A DNA stretch of 64,000 nucleotides from assembly GCA_963771075.1 (NCBI GenBank), contig CAVYSE010000011.1:160001-224000 (forward strand), read 5' to 3'. This document shows, piece after piece, positions 17,901 to 28,832 of this stretch. Each line of letters opens with the position of its first letter. The stretch's first letter is position 1. The notes below the pieces were generated by a model. That model worked only from the letters and a program-made list of their open reading frames with translations. It ran no database searches and was not told the DNA's origin. This DNA comes from a candidate division FCPU426 bacterium (GTDB lineage Bacteria; Oederibacteriota; Muellerivitia; Muellerivitales; Muellerivitaceae). A program made the position numbers and the translations under genes.

Positions 17901-19247
17901 ATGAATAATGATTTTTCCGCCCAACGCTTACAGTGGTTCATTCATCTTCGATGGGCGGCGGTTTTCGGGGGAGGGCTGATCGTGGGAGTCGGGACTCGTG
18001 TGGGTCCCCTCCATTTTTCCCTTCTGACTCTGCTGGGCTCTCTCGCTTTTCTGGGTTTGTTGAACGCCGGATATCAATTTCTTTGGAGCCAATGGTGCAA
18101 AGATAACGCCAACCCGGAAAATCTGGAAAACCGAATCCGCAAGTTATTTCACATTCAAATGGTATTGGATTTCGCCGTTTTGACCTTCATGCTGGCGGTC
18201 AGTGGTGGGATTCAAAATCCTTTTTTTTTATTTTACCTTTTCCATTTGGCCATCAGCACGATCCTTTTTACCGTTTGGGAAAGCTTGGGATACGCGGTCG
18301 TAGCGGCCTTACTGCCCTGGCTCATCTTTTTGATGCAATCTCAATTACCCCAAATGAATTTGGAAGGAAATTCGGGTTTCGGGCTTTCCAGCGGAGGGGA
18401 ACTTTGGCCGGTTCTGACCGGGTATACGGTCACCGTCGCTGGCTTGTGGTTTTTCCTCACCCGGCTTGCTTCCGATCTTAGATCGAAGCAGAGATCTTTG
18501 GAAGAAATGGGCCAAAAGCTGTCCACGGCCAATGAAAATCTCAAAGAAGTGGACGTTTACAAGAATCAATTCCTTCGGCAAGTGGTTTTTCAATTGAAAG
18601 GCCCGGCAATCGATATGGATTTTGATCTTTCCGCGATCGAGCAATCCATGCCGAAGGCGACCGAAAAAACTGAAACGGCGATTAAAACGGCAAAAAAAAG
18701 AGTTTGGTCTTTGCTGGAACTCATTGATGATTTGGTTTGGTTATCGAAAACAAACGTGGAAGAAATGCCGTTCAAGAAAGAAAAAGTGGATGTTTATGAA
18801 GTGCTTTTGAAAAGGGTGCAACATCATGAGGCGGAAGCCCGACAAAAGGGTTTGGAACTCCAACTACATGGAGACCCTCAAATTCACCTAGAAGCGGATC
18901 GGGAGGCTCTGGACCGTGTGGTAGAAAATCTTTTATCCAATTCTCTGAAATATAGCGAGGAAGGGAAAAGCCCTATTTTGGTTGAGTTCAAACGGAATGG
19001 AGAATGGATGGTCCTGACCGTGGAGGATAAGGGGATCGGGATCCCGGCCAAACAGCAAAAACGCCTGTTCGAGCAATTTTTCCGGGCTACCAACGCTAAA
19101 AGCCGGGAAAAATTTGGCACTGGACTGGGATTGTCCATCGTTCGGGAAATCATTCAATGGCATGGCGGGAAGGTGTCGGTGGAAAGCGAACCCAAGAAGG
19201 GAACCCGCATTGAGACCTGGTGGCCCCTATTGCCGGATAAAAATTAA
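17901..19247 (+). CDS. Membrane sensor histidine kinase-like protein lacking the phospho-His
   Basis: TM region; H-box reads FLRQVVFQLKGP; intact N (NLLSNSLKY), G1 (DKGIGI), G2 (GTGLGL) boxes. Confidence 0.8.
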   Translation: MNNDFSAQRLQWFIHLRWAAVFGGGLIVGVGTRVGPLHFSLLTLLGSLAFLGLLNAGYQFLWSQWCKDNANPENLENRIRKLFHIQMVLDFAVLTFMLAVSGGIQNPFFLFYLFHLAISTILFTVWESLGYAVVAALLPWLIFLMQSQLPQMNLEGNSGFGLSSGGELWPVLTGYTVTVAGLWFFLTRLASDLRSKQRSLEEMGQKLSTANENLKEVDVYKNQFLRQVVFQLKGPAIDMDFDLSAIEQSMPKATEKTETAIKTAKKRVWSLLELIDDLVWLSKTNVEEMPFKKEKVDVYEVLLKRVQHHEAEARQKGLELQLHGDPQIHLEADREALDRVVENLLSNSLKYSEEGKSPILVEFKRNGEWMVLTVEDKGIGIPAKQQKRLFEQFFRATNAKSREKFGTGLGLSIVREIIQWHGGKVSVESEPKKGTRIETWWPLLPDKN

Positions 19248-19268
19248 TCCGATCAGGTCGACGGCCCG

Positions 19269-19751
19269 CTAATGTTCGATGGCCTTAACTTCGATAGGTT
19301 GGGAAAGATGGGCGGTTAAATATCGGGTGGAAATCAAGCCCAATTTTGTCCCGTTCGCACCGAAGGCGAAAAGCTGGCAACGTCCCCCCTTCGCCGGGCT
19401 GAATTCCACGGTGGCATTGGCCTTGGCAGTCGGAGTCTCACGGGTCGCGAACTGTCCCAACTTCATGTTTTCCAAAATCAACCGGAACCCTTGAAGGTCC
19501 TTGAGTGGATATATTTCCAGATCTTGTTGGGCAAGAAATTGCCGAGCTTCAAGGCAAAAGTTCCTCGAGAAGAGCCAAAGACTGTCCCATTCAGTGACTT
19601 TTCCTTCTTCTTCCAGGGATTGAGAAATGAAGATGTCTTCGATGTCTTCGTGCAAAAGACGCGAGGCCACCGAAAGGATTCCGGTCAATCGTTCCATTCC
19701 TTGAAAGTCTAAACCCATGAATTGCGCATACTCCATAAATGTTTCACGCAT
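19269..19751 (-). CDS. Hypothetical protein
   Basis: 160-aa ORF, RBS-like GGAAGGA, no recognised motif. Confidence 0.6.
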   Translation of the reverse strand: MRETFMEYAQFMGLDFQGMERLTGILSVASRLLHEDIEDIFISQSLEEEGKVTEWDSLWLFSRNFCLEARQFLAQQDLEIYPLKDLQGFRLILENMKLGQFATRETPTAKANATVEFSPAKGGRCQLFAFGANGTKLGLISTRYLTAHLSQPIEVKAIEH

Positions 19752-19814
19752 ATAACTTTCCTTCCGTGTAAGAACATGGTGAAATCATATAAATCGCCGG
19801 AGAAAGGGGAAGGT

Positions 19815-19828
19815 ATGACCCTTGTCAT
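19815..19828. promoter_or_regulatory. Crp/Fnr-type box ATGAC-CCTT-GTCAT
   Basis: Exact match in the divergent region between the hypothetical gene and acs. Confidence 0.75.
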
Positions 19829-20074
19829 AACCACTCAAGGGATCTTCTCCACCCCCGAGTGGAGGGTTTCCTGGTAATTTTTTATCTTGCTATTTAAAGG
19901 AGAAATACCTTTTCCACTGGTTTTGTTGAAAAAGCGTTATTCGAAAATTTGAAGAGAATTGATCCGGAATAGAACCGTTGAACAATGAGGGGTTTAAAAG
20001 AGTCGATAAGGTTGCAGGCCATTTGTCGTGGCAATCATTTTCCTTTGGCGCATCGTTTGTCGAAGAAAATTTGG

Positions 20075-20088
20075 ATGACCAACGTCAT
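20075..20088 (+). promoter_or_regulatory. Crp/Fnr-type box ATGAC-CAAC-GTCAT upstream of acs
   Basis: Exact match about 65 bp before acs ATG. Confidence 0.75.
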
Positions 20089-20152
20089 AGACAAAGGATT
20101 GGGTAGGCGACAAACTACCACGAATTTATTTTTTTATTTCCAGGGAGGAAAT

Positions 20153-22135
20153 ATGGCACCCGAAAAGCAATCCATCACTTCTTTGCAGAAGGATTCCGCA
20201 GTGACATTCCCGCCTCCGGCCTCGGTGGCCTCCAAGGCATTTATCGGATCCTTCCAAAAGTACCAGGAAATGTATGACCGCTCCGTGAAGGATTCCCACA
20301 AGTTTTGGCTTGAACAAGCCACGAATGAACTGGTTTGGTTCAAGAAACCCACGAAAACACTGGAGTGGACTTGGGACACCTCCAAAAGGAAAATTCAGCA
20401 TTCCTGGTTTTCGGATGGCGAGTTGAATTTATCGGTGAACTGTTTGGACCGTCACCTAGCCAAGAACGGAAATAAGATCGCTATCCTTTGGCAGGGCGAA
20501 AAGGATGAGGAAGTCCGTAAAATCACCTATTCTCAATTGCATGAGATGGTTTGTCGGTTCGCCAACGTGCTGCTTGCTAAGGGGGTCAAGAAAGGGGATC
20601 GGATCTGTGTTTATATGCCGATGATCCCCGAGGCGGCGGTGGCCTTGCTCGCTTGCGCCCGAATCGGTGCCATCCACTCCTTCGTTTTCGGCGGTTTTAG
20701 CGCGGAGGCGTTGAAAACCCGCATTCAGGATTCCCAAAATGTGTTGGCCATCACCACGGACGTGAGCTACCGATCTGGAAAAGCAATCGGATTGAAGAAT
20801 ATTCTTGATGAGGCCCTCAAGGAATGCCCTACCATCAAGAACGTCATTGTCTACAAGAGGGGTGACGGAAAGGTCAACATGCAGGCCGGCCGGGACAGCT
20901 GGTGGGATGAGGAGACCCAAAAGGCCAGTCCCAAGCATGAGGCCCAGCCGATGAACGCGGAAGACCCGCTTTTTATCCTGTATACCTCTGGATCCACTGG
21001 AAAACCGAAAGGGGTCCTTCACACGACCGGCGGTTATATCTTACACGCCGCCCTGAGCCACCGCCTCATTTTCGACTGCCATCCCGAGGACACCTATTGG
21101 TGCACTGCCGACATCGGTTGGGTCACGGGCCACAGTTACATCGTCTATGGCCCCCTGGCCAACGGCGTCACATCGATCATGTTTGAGGGAGTACCCACCT
21201 ACCCAGATTCTGGTAGGTTCTGGCAAGTGATCGCCAAACATAAAGTCACCATCTTTTATACCGCGCCCACCGCGATCCGTTCCCTGATGCGAGAAGGGGA
21301 AGAATGGCCGAAAAAGCACGACTTGAGCTCCTTGCGCATCCTGGGCTCGGTCGGTGAACCAATCAATCCCGAGGCATGGTTGTGGTATCACAGGAACATT
21401 GGCCAAAGCCGCTGTCCTATCGTCGATACCTGGTGGCAGACGGAAACGGGTGGTATTTTGATCACCCCACTTCCGGGTGCCCATACTTTAAAACCTGGGA
21501 GCGCCTCTCTTCCCTTTTTCGGGGTGGAGCCCATCGTAGTGGATAATGACGGGAAAGAATGCGCCAGAAACGAAGGCGGAAAACTGTGCATTAAGAAGCC
21601 CTGGCCGGGCATGGCCCGCACCATGTGGGGGGATCACGAACGTTTCATCGACACCTATTTCACCGCTTTCCCCAACCTTTATTACACAGGGGACGGTTGC
21701 CGCGTCGATCAGGACGGAGATTACTGGCTCATGGGCCGGGTGGATGATGTGGTGAACATCTCTGGACACCGTATCGGGACGGCGGAAGTGGAAAGCGCGC
21801 TTGTTTCCCATCCCAAGGTTTCGGAAGCGGCGGTGGTGGGCTATCCCCACGACATCAAAGGATCGGCCCTTTACGCTTACGTGACCGTGAAGGAGGGCGT
21901 GACGCCGTCAGATGAGCTGAAGAAAGAACTGGTTCAGCATGTGCGCAAGGAAATCGGTCCCATTGCCCAACCGGACAAGATCCAGTTCGCGGAGGCGATG
22001 CCCAAGACCCGCAGCGGCAAAATCATGCGCCGGATCTTGAGGAAAATAGCAGAGAATGAAACGGGTAATCTGGGCGATATTTCCACCCTGGCCGACCCGT
22101 CCGTCGTGGAAAGGCTGATCCAAGGAAAGCAATAA
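20153..22135 (+). CDS. acs: AMP-forming acetyl-CoA synthetase
   Basis: [31 protein letters not shown] with acetylation-site Lys; RBS GGGAGG before ATG 20153. Confidence 0.97.
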   Translation: MAPEKQSITSLQKDSAVTFPPPASVASKAFIGSFQKYQEMYDRSVKDSHKFWLEQATNELVWFKKPTKTLEWTWDTSKRKIQHSWFSDGELNLSVNCLDRHLAKNGNKIAILWQGEKDEEVRKITYSQLHEMVCRFANVLLAKGVKKGDRICVYMPMIPEAAVALLACARIGAIHSFVFGGFSAEALKTRIQDSQNVLAITTDVSYRSGKAIGLKNILDEALKECPTIKNVIVYKRGDGKVNMQAGRDSWWDEETQKASPKHEAQPMNAEDPLFILYTSGSTGKPKGVLHTTGGYILHAALSHRLIFDCHPEDTYWCTADIGWVTGHSYIVYGPLANGVTSIMFEGVPTYPDSGRFWQVIAKHKVTIFYTAPTAIRSLMREGEEWPKKHDLSSLRILGSVGEPINPEAWLWYHRNIGQSRCPIVDTWWQTETGGILITPLPGAHTLKPGSASLPFFGVEPIVVDNDGKECARNEGGKLCIKKPWPGMARTMWGDHERFIDTYFTAFPNLYYTGDGCRVDQDGDYWLMGRVDDVVNISGHRIGTAEVESALVSHPKVSEAAVVGYPHDIKGSALYAYVTVKEGVTPSDELKKELVQHVRKEIGPIAQPDKIQFAEAMPKTRSGKIMRRILRKIAENETGNLGDISTLADPSVVERLIQGKQ

Positions 22136-22162
22136 ACACTATTTAGGAAGTTGTCAGAAAAT

Positions 22163-22202
22163 AAAAAAAGCAGGCTGGTTTAAAAACCAGCCTGCTTTTT
22201 TT
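22163..22202. terminator. Bidirectional rho-independent terminator
   Basis: A7-GCAGGCTGGTT-loop-AACCAGCCTGC-T7 between convergent genes. Confidence 0.9.
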
Positions 22203-22211
22203 GACTAAACC

Positions 22212-23246
22212 CTACTTGAACTTGGCCATGTCCAGATGGGACTGCACAAACTGGGTGATCATCGCGACCTTGCCCGGGTCCTGGTGGGTCAAGAGGGGTT
22301 CCAAACCGTCCAGTTGCTTGGCGGTATGGAAAGTATCGGTGGAAACCAATAAAAGCGGTATATTGCGCTGGTTGGCCAAGGAAAGCACATCCGGCGAGGG
22401 AAGGATATTGTTCGTTAGGATCACTCCGGAGGTGCCTCCCTCCAGGGCGGCCAGGATCATATCGCTCCGGTCCCCGCTGGTAACGACCAATTTTTTATCC
22501 TTATTGAAGAGGGTAAGCCTCCTGGCGCTGTCCACGGACATGGCTCCAATAATGATGTGGCCCACCTCATTGCCCAATCCTCCTTCTCCGGCGAGGGTTT
22601 TCGAGAAAAGCACCTCGGACAGGTAGGCCATAGTGAAATGGTTCAGTTCGGGTTTCAAAGGCAAGATCCCCAGGATGGGAATACCCAACTGGTTGATCTG
22701 GGGCAAATAGGTCGTTTTGAAATCCTCCAGGTCGTGCACCTTGTTGAGGATGACGCCCTTAAAACGAACGTCCTGGATCGGCAGGCATTTTTTGATGCAG
22801 ACCAGGTCGTCCGCGATGGAACCCTCCGAACCGCTCACCACGAGGATCAACTCCCCGCCGAGGGCTTTGGCGACGGAGACGGCGTCCAGGTGCACGGACA
22901 TTCCGTAATTCAAGTGCATGCCGCCTTCCACGAAAAGTAGTTCCTTCCCGGCCCCGGCGTGGGTGGCCACCTCGCGCAGTTTTTCAGTGGTGGTCGCCGC
23001 GTCGTATTTGTATTTCAACTTGGCGTGCTCGAAGCCGATGGAGATGTCTTCCGGGTTTTCATGAAGGTTCCAGAGGTGGGTCAGCAGGGCGGAATCGTAG
23101 TCCCAAAGGCGTTTTTTGTGATAGATCAACCGGTCGCCGAAGGGTTTCATGTAACCGGACTGTTGTCCTAGCGCGGCGGCAAGGCCGATGATCACTCCCG
23201 TTTTGCCGGAACTTTTGCTGCTTGATCCAATGACGAGTGTTTTCAT
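22212..23246 (-). CDS. Phosphotransacetylase N-terminal-like protein (BioD/AAA_26 + DRTGG), no PTA catalytic domain
   Basis: SSGKT P-loop, YMKP.G, VEG, VILNK, TSGDRSD. Confidence 0.85.
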   Translation of the reverse strand: MKTLVIGSSSKSSGKTGVIIGLAAALGQQSGYMKPFGDRLIYHKKRLWDYDSALLTHLWNLHENPEDISIGFEHAKLKYKYDAATTTEKLREVATHAGAGKELLFVEGGMHLNYGMSVHLDAVSVAKALGGELILVVSGSEGSIADDLVCIKKCLPIQDVRFKGVILNKVHDLEDFKTTYLPQINQLGIPILGILPLKPELNHFTMAYLSEVLFSKTLAGEGGLGNEVGHIIIGAMSVDSARRLTLFNKDKKLVVTSGDRSDMILAALEGGTSGVILTNNILPSPDVLSLANQRNIPLLLVSTDTFHTAKQLDGLEPLLTHQDPGKVAMITQFVQSHLDMAKFK

Positions 23247-25372
23247 TTCTTTTGGGCCCTTTCCGAGAGCAAAACTCTCACATCCAAAGCTTTAACACCT
23301 TTTCCCTGTTCGTAAACAACCAGGGGATTGATCTCAATGTCGGAAATTTTCTCGCATTTCCGAACCAACGAACCGAGTTTGATGATGGCGTCCACGACGC
23401 CATCCATGTCTTTTTTGTCCTCTCCCCGAACCCCAAGGAGCAGGGGATAGATCTTGGTTTCTTTGATCATGGCCAGGACATCCGATTTGGAGAAGGGAAC
23501 GGACCGGAAGGAAACGTCTTTCATTACCTCGACGTAAACCCCGCCCATGCCGCACATCACGATGGGGCCGAAAGAACGGTCCCGCCGGGCACCCACGATG
23601 GTTTCCGTACCTTTTTTCACCATCTCGTTGACTTCAACGCCTTCGATCACCGCGTTGGGATTGTGTTTTCGGCAGTTAAAGAGGATGGCTTCGTAGGCAT
23701 CCATCACCTCTTGCTGGTTTTCCAGGTCCAAGGCGACGCCGCCGACGTCGCTTTTATGAAGGATATCCCGGGAAACCACCTTCATGACCACCGGGTATCC
23801 GATTTTTTCAGCCGATTTAACCGCTTCTTCCAGGGTGCGGGCAATCGAGTTTTTGGGCATGGGAACCCCGCAAAGTTCCATGATCTTCTGTCCCTCGTGG
23901 GCCAATAAAAAAGACCGGCCGTCCGCGGCCGCCTTGTCCAATACGGCATTGACCGCGTCCACCGGGATGTCGTGCTCCACGGGAAAGCCAGGGGGAGACA
24001 GGTTATGCCGGTACTGGGTCATTAAGGCCCCCAAGCAGGAAACGGCCGAATAGGTATCCTCAAAAACGGGCGCATTATCCTGCCGCAGTGAGAGAATGGC
24101 CCGCTCGGTGGGTTCGCCCCCGAAAAGAGAGAACACGATCGGCTTCCCGCCATCGCGGTAACGGACCGTATTCTCGCGGATCATGGTGGCCAGGTTGTCC
24201 ACGTCAAAAACCGCCGTCTCACAATAGAGGGCAATGACAGCGTGGATGTTTTCCAGCCTCAAGGCCGCGGCCAAGGCGCCGTCGTAGTCGGAGGACCGGG
24301 CCTGACCCGTCAGGTCGATGGGATTCTTGATGGACCCAAATTCCGGAACTTCCTTGGCGAAGGCTTTTTTCATCAGTTCCACGTCGTCGTAAAGCGGGAC
24401 CTGGTATTTTTCGCAGGCGTCGGTGGCCATGACCCCGATACCGCCTCCGTTTGTGATGATGACCGTATTCTCGCCCCGGGGCGCGGAACTGGACGTGAAA
24501 CTTTTGCACCAGTTAAAGGCATCCTGGAAATTCTCAGCCCTCAAGACCCCGCATTGCTTGACAATGTTATCGAGGATCTCGTCCGAACCGGCCAGGGCGC
24601 CGGTGTGCGAGGCGGCCGCCATGGCGCCCCTTTTGGAACGTCCGGATTTGATCATGATGACGGGCTTCTTCCGGGTCACCCGGTTAATGGTGGAGATCAT
24701 CCGCTCCCCGTCCTTGATGCCCTCGGTATAAAGCATGATGACCTTGGTCTGGGGATCGTCCACCAAATATTCCAAAAGATCGGCCTCGGTGATATCCGCC
24801 TTGTTGCCCACGGAAGACATGGTAGAAAGCCCGATGTGGGCCACCGCCGTCTTGCCGATCATGCCGATACCCAGCGCGCCGCTCTGGGTGATGATGGCCA
24901 CGTGGCCTTTCTGGATCTGGGGTCCAAAGGTGGCGTTCAGGTCGGCGTTGGCCGAGTAGATACCGAAGATGTTGGGCCCCATGACCCGCATGCCATGATC
25001 CAGGGCGAAGGACACCAGGGCTTTTTCTTCGGCCACGTTGCCCGTCTCGGAAAAACCGGAGGTGATGACGGGCAGGAACTTGACGCCGTTGGCCGCGCAT
25101 TCCTTGACCGAATCCATGACGAACTTGGCCGGGACCGAGATGCAGGCCAGTCGATGGGCTCCTCTATCTCCGCGAAGGCTTTTCGCCATGGTCAGTCCCA
25201 AGCACCTCCCCGCCCTTGGGGTTGATGGGATACACCTTGCCCTTGATAGCCGCCGGAAAAATATTCTCCACGATCTTGTAACCCACCTTGTCGGGGCTGG
25301 CGGAAGCGCCCACCACGGCCACCGAGCGGGGCTCGAATAGGTATTTGATGTCAGGTCGATTAGGTTGTTCAA
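23243..25372 (-). CDS. ADP-forming acetate-CoA ligase (alpha-beta fusion), 5' end disrupted by indels
   Basis: FEPRSVAVVGAS in one frame; GPNIFG, QSGALG, SHTGALAG phospho-His, NPIDLTG and ATP-grasp YPVVMK..HKSDVGGV in another. Confidence 0.85.
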   Translation of the reverse strand: MNNLIDLTSNTYSSPARWPWWALPPAPTRWVTRSWRIFFRRLSRARCIPSTPRAGRCLGLTMAKSLRGDRGAHRLACISVPAKFVMDSVKECAANGVKFLPVITSGFSETGNVAEEKALVSFALDHGMRVMGPNIFGIYSANADLNATFGPQIQKGHVAIITQSGALGIGMIGKTAVAHIGLSTMSSVGNKADITEADLLEYLVDDPQTKVIMLYTEGIKDGERMISTINRVTRKKPVIMIKSGRSKRGAMAAASHTGALAGSDEILDNIVKQCGVLRAENFQDAFNWCKSFTSSSAPRGENTVIITNGGGIGVMATDACEKYQVPLYDDVELMKKAFAKEVPEFGSIKNPIDLTGQARSSDYDGALAAALRLENIHAVIALYCETAVFDVDNLATMIRENTVRYRDGGKPIVFSLFGGEPTERAILSLRQDNAPVFEDTYSAVSCLGALMTQYRHNLSPPGFPVEHDIPVDAVNAVLDKAAADGRSFLLAHEGQKIMELCGVPMPKNSIARTLEEAVKSAEKIGYPVVMKVVSRDILHKSDVGGVALDLENQQEVMDAYEAILFNCRKHNPNAVIEGVEVNEMVKKGTETIVGARRDRSFGPIVMCGMGGVYVEVMKDVSFRSVPFSKSDVLAMIKETKIYPLLLGVRGEDKKDMDGVVDAIIKLGSLVRKCEKISDIEINPLVVYEQGKGVKALDVRVLLSERAQKK

Positions 25373-25379
25373 CGGTTCC

Positions 25380-27246
25380 TCCGCGGAAGGTCATTTTCAG
25401 CTCAACCACATTCGTGTTCGTGCGCTTCTGCAAGTCAAATCCTTGATTCTCGAAAAGATGCAGCATGGCGGTGTTTTCCTGAAGGACCTCGGCGGTGAAC
25501 CCGAAGAGCCCCTGCTTCTTCGCCAACATGGTCAGGTAGGAAAGAAGCTCCGTTCCGACCCCCTTGTTATGATAATCGTCCTTCACGACGAAGGCGACTT
25601 CGGCGGAATGCTGGTTTTCCTGGATGCCGTATTGCCCCACCCCGATGATCTCCTCCCGCCCCTGGTCCTCCGCGAAAGCCAGGATGACCATTTCCTTGCT
25701 ATAGTCGATCACGACGAATTCCTGAAGCCTTTCGTGGGGCATGTCCTTACGCACCGACATGAATCGTCGGGACATGCTCTGGTCGGACAGGGAATAGAAA
25801 AAATCCTTAAGGCCGGGTTCGTCATTGATCTTGACGGGGCGCATCAAAAGCCGCAGGCCGGATTCGGTCGTCCGGCGGGTCTCCAGGGACTCCGGGTACT
25901 CTCCGCGTTTTCCAGGGAATAAAGGCCTGGTCCTTGTAAATCAAATGGTTCTTCTTCGCTTCCTCCAGCAACCAGGGCCGGAACTTTGGGTGGGCGATAG
26001 AAATGATGTCCATTGCCCTTTCTCGCAGGTTCTTTCCGTGAAGATAGGCGATCCCATATTCGGTCACCAGGTAATGAATGTCGCCTCGGGTAAGGGAAAT
26101 ACCGGCCCCTTCATGGAGGAAAGGCACAATCCTGGAAACCTGTTCGTTATCCGCAGTGGATTGCAGGGTCAGGATGGTTTTCCCTCCTGGCGCGAGCACG
26201 GCGCCCCGCATGAAATCCGCCTGGCCCCCGATTCCACTGAAAAACAAGTGGTCCAGGGATTCGGCGGTAGATTGGCCGGTCAAATCGACCGACAGGGCGC
26301 TGTTAATGGCGGTCATATTGTGATTGCTCGCGATGATCAGTGGATTGTTGGTGTAATCAATGGGCCGGAATTCGACGGAAGGATTGTCATGGATGAATTC
26401 GTAGGTTTCCTGGGTTCCCATGCAAAAGCTGGCGATGGTCTTGCCGGGGTTAAGGTTTTTCCTGGAGTTGTCGATCACGCCTTCCTTCATCAGTGCCACG
26501 ATTCCGTCCGAGAGCAGCTCGGTATGCACTCCCAAGTGCTTTTTATGCCTTAAATTAGCCAAGATGGCGTTGGGGATACTGCCGTAACCCACCTGCAGGG
26601 TATCTCCGTCCTGAACGAAACGGGCGATATATTTCCCGATACGGTTGGCGATCTCGTCGGAAACTTTCGGTTCGTACTCCAGCAGCGGCTCGTCGTGGTG
26701 GACAATGAAATCCACGTCATCGGCGTGAAGGAAGGTGTCGCCATGCACACGAGGCATATGGCTGTTCGCCTGGGCGATCACGATACGGGCGTTGGCTACC
26801 GCCGCCTTAGTGATATCGACGCTGACCCCCAGGCTCATGTAGCCATGCTGGTCCGGCATGCTGGTTTGGATCAGAGCCACATCCACTGGTACCAACTTCC
26901 GGTTGAATAGATCGGGCACTTGGGAAAGAAACAGGGGCGAATAGTCGGCCAGACCCTGGTTGACCGCCTCCCGGGTGTTATCGCCTATGAAAAAAGAATT
27001 GTGGCGGAAGTTTTGCTTGAATTTCTTGTCGGTGTAGGGTGCGAGGCCTAAGGTCCAGACGTGGATGACTTCGGTGTCAAAAAAGGCCTTGGGATGGTCT
27101 TCGATATATTTGATCAGGGCCCCGACCAGGTACTGGGGTTCGCCACAGCCGGTGCCGATATAGATCCGGTCGCCGGGATGGATATGACTGAAAACCTCGT
27201 ATTCAGTGGCAAATTTGGAAGGATAATTTTTTCTTAACGATTCCAT
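25380..27246 (-). CDS. Acetyl-CoA hydrolase/CoA-transferase fused to GNAT acetyltransferase (frameshift at ~25916)
   Basis: GTGCGEP, GYGSIP, HTE, SGIGGQADF, VTEYG; removing one base restores IPGKRGEYPESLE...LMRPVK into the GNAT (KGVGTELL). Confidence 0.85.
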
Positions 27247-27395
27247 TTGGTTTTCATTCCATTCGCAAAACCGGGCGCTTACCGGGCTTTGGAGAACCAT
27301 CCGCCGGCCAAGAATCACCGAAGAGAAAGTAGGGCCGGAGACCGCTTAACCCTTTCAAGGACGCGTTGATTATAAGTTAATGACCCTTTCATGCT

Positions 27396-27409
27396 ATGAC
27401 TCAAGTCAT
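27396..27409 (-). promoter_or_regulatory. Crp/Fnr-type box TATGAC-TCAA-GTCATA upstream of the CoA-transferase-GNAT operon
   Basis: Exact match; TATAAT on - strand at 27374-27369. Confidence 0.8.
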
Positions 27410-27597
27410 ATCATGAAGGGGCGGGGTTAATTTTTTCCCAAAGGACGAAATTATTAACAACACTCATTTCATTATTGGATAATTGTCCGGACAAAAACAA
27501 TTGAACTTGGTGAAATTACCTTAACTTGACTTAGCCAAAGGACAAAATTAACATGCATTATTATTTTCATTTTTTTTAGTTTTTTAAAAGGCCAAGA

Positions 27598-28551
27598 GTG
27601 AACGGATCCAAGCCTTCCCTCGGAATTGTGTATGACGAGCTTTGCCTGAAGCATCTGCAGGATGCTGACCATCCCGAATCCCCTCGCCGGCTTCTCGCTA
27701 TTCAAAACGCTTTGGATCAAGCGGGACTTTTGAAACGAGCCCTGGCGATTCCATGCCGTAGAGCGACCGATGAAGAATTGAACTTGGTCCACCGGGCTGA
27801 ATACATTGAAAAAGTCAAATCGATTTGCAGGAACGCCCCGGCCCAATTGGGTCCGGATGTTTTTATTTCCACCCCCGAAAGCCTGGATGCGGCGCTTCTC
27901 TCGGCGGGCGGCGGGTTTGAGGCGGTCGACGCGATCATGAACCAAAAGGTGACCCGGGTGTTCTGCAATACCCGTCCTCCAGGCCACCATGCCTTGCCCA
28001 ACCAGGCCATGGGATTTTGTGTTTTCAATAATATCGCGCTCTGCGCCCGGTATGCCCAAACAAGGCATAAACTCAATAAAATCCTCATTGTCGATTGGGA
28101 TGTGCATCACGGGAACGGAACGCAGGATATTTTTTACGAGGATCCGGACGTATTTTATTTCAGCAGCCACCGGTTCCCCTTTTATCCCGGGACAGGGGCC
28201 CGTATCGAGACGGGAGAGTGGCCAGGGAAGGGCTCGACCCTGAATGTTCCATTTCCGCCGGAGTCGGGGGACGAGGAATATCTGGGGAGTTATAAAAGAC
28301 TGCTATTGCCTGCGGCCCTTGAATTTAAACCGGACCTGATCCTGATCAGCTGCGGTTTTGACGCCCATGGCCGTGATCCTTTGGGGGGGATGAACCTCAC
28401 CGAAAAAGCATACGCCCACTTGACCGATCTGGTGGTTGGAATCGCTAACCAAACTTGCGGAGGAAAGATCGTTTCCTTCCTCGAGGGCGGTTACGATCTG
28501 GAAGCCCTTGGGTTGTGCGCGGTGGAGCATGTTCGCCAGTTGATGGCGTGA
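27598..28551 (+). CDS. Zn-dependent histone deacetylase family (AcuC/AphA-like) lysine deacetylase
   Basis: HPESPRR, RPPGHHA, GFC.FNN, DWDVHHGNGTQ, GFDAH..DPL, LEGGY. Confidence 0.93.
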   Translation: MNGSKPSLGIVYDELCLKHLQDADHPESPRRLLAIQNALDQAGLLKRALAIPCRRATDEELNLVHRAEYIEKVKSICRNAPAQLGPDVFISTPESLDAALLSAGGGFEAVDAIMNQKVTRVFCNTRPPGHHALPNQAMGFCVFNNIALCARYAQTRHKLNKILIVDWDVHHGNGTQDIFYEDPDVFYFSSHRFPFYPGTGARIETGEWPGKGSTLNVPFPPESGDEEYLGSYKRLLLPAALEFKPDLILISCGFDAHGRDPLGGMNLTEKAYAHLTDLVVGIANQTCGGKIVSFLEGGYDLEALGLCAVEHVRQLMA

Positions 28552-28695
28552 TTCAATTTTTGGTTTTCACTTTGCAGAAATAGAAGCGCCTTTCTCTTTT
28601 CCATGACTGTCTCCTAAATTTCCATTTTAAATGTTTTTGTCCTCCTGTTTATTTACGCTGTGACTTTGAATGATTTATTGTCACAAATGTTTAAC

Positions 28696-28709
28696 ATGAC
28701 AACTGTCAT
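28696..28709 (+). promoter_or_regulatory. Crp/Fnr-type box ATGAC-AACT-GTCAT upstream of porin-satP
   Basis: Exact match; TAAAAT at 28732-28737, 29.5 bp from centre. Confidence 0.8.
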
Positions 28710-28832
28710 AATAACTTCACCCCGCTGGTCCTAAAATCGCTTCTCGTTGATTCTTTTCCCACGACAATCAATTGACCTCCCGGATTTTGTCGGTTCGCGA
28801 GAGCGAAAAAAACTTTCAAGGAGAAAGAAAAT

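Noticed and set aside
19985..20152. 56-aa N-terminal extension of Acs in the ORF track
   Set aside because: Strong SD before ATG 20153 and a regulatory box inside the extension
23243..27246. Calling the ligase and transferase-GNAT genes true pseudogenes
   Set aside because: Lesions are confined to homopolymer indels in a short stretch and catalytic motifs are intact; sequencing error is more parsimonious
27380..27392. ATGACCCTTTCAT beside the 27396 box
   Set aside because: One base short and mismatched; at most an accessory half-site
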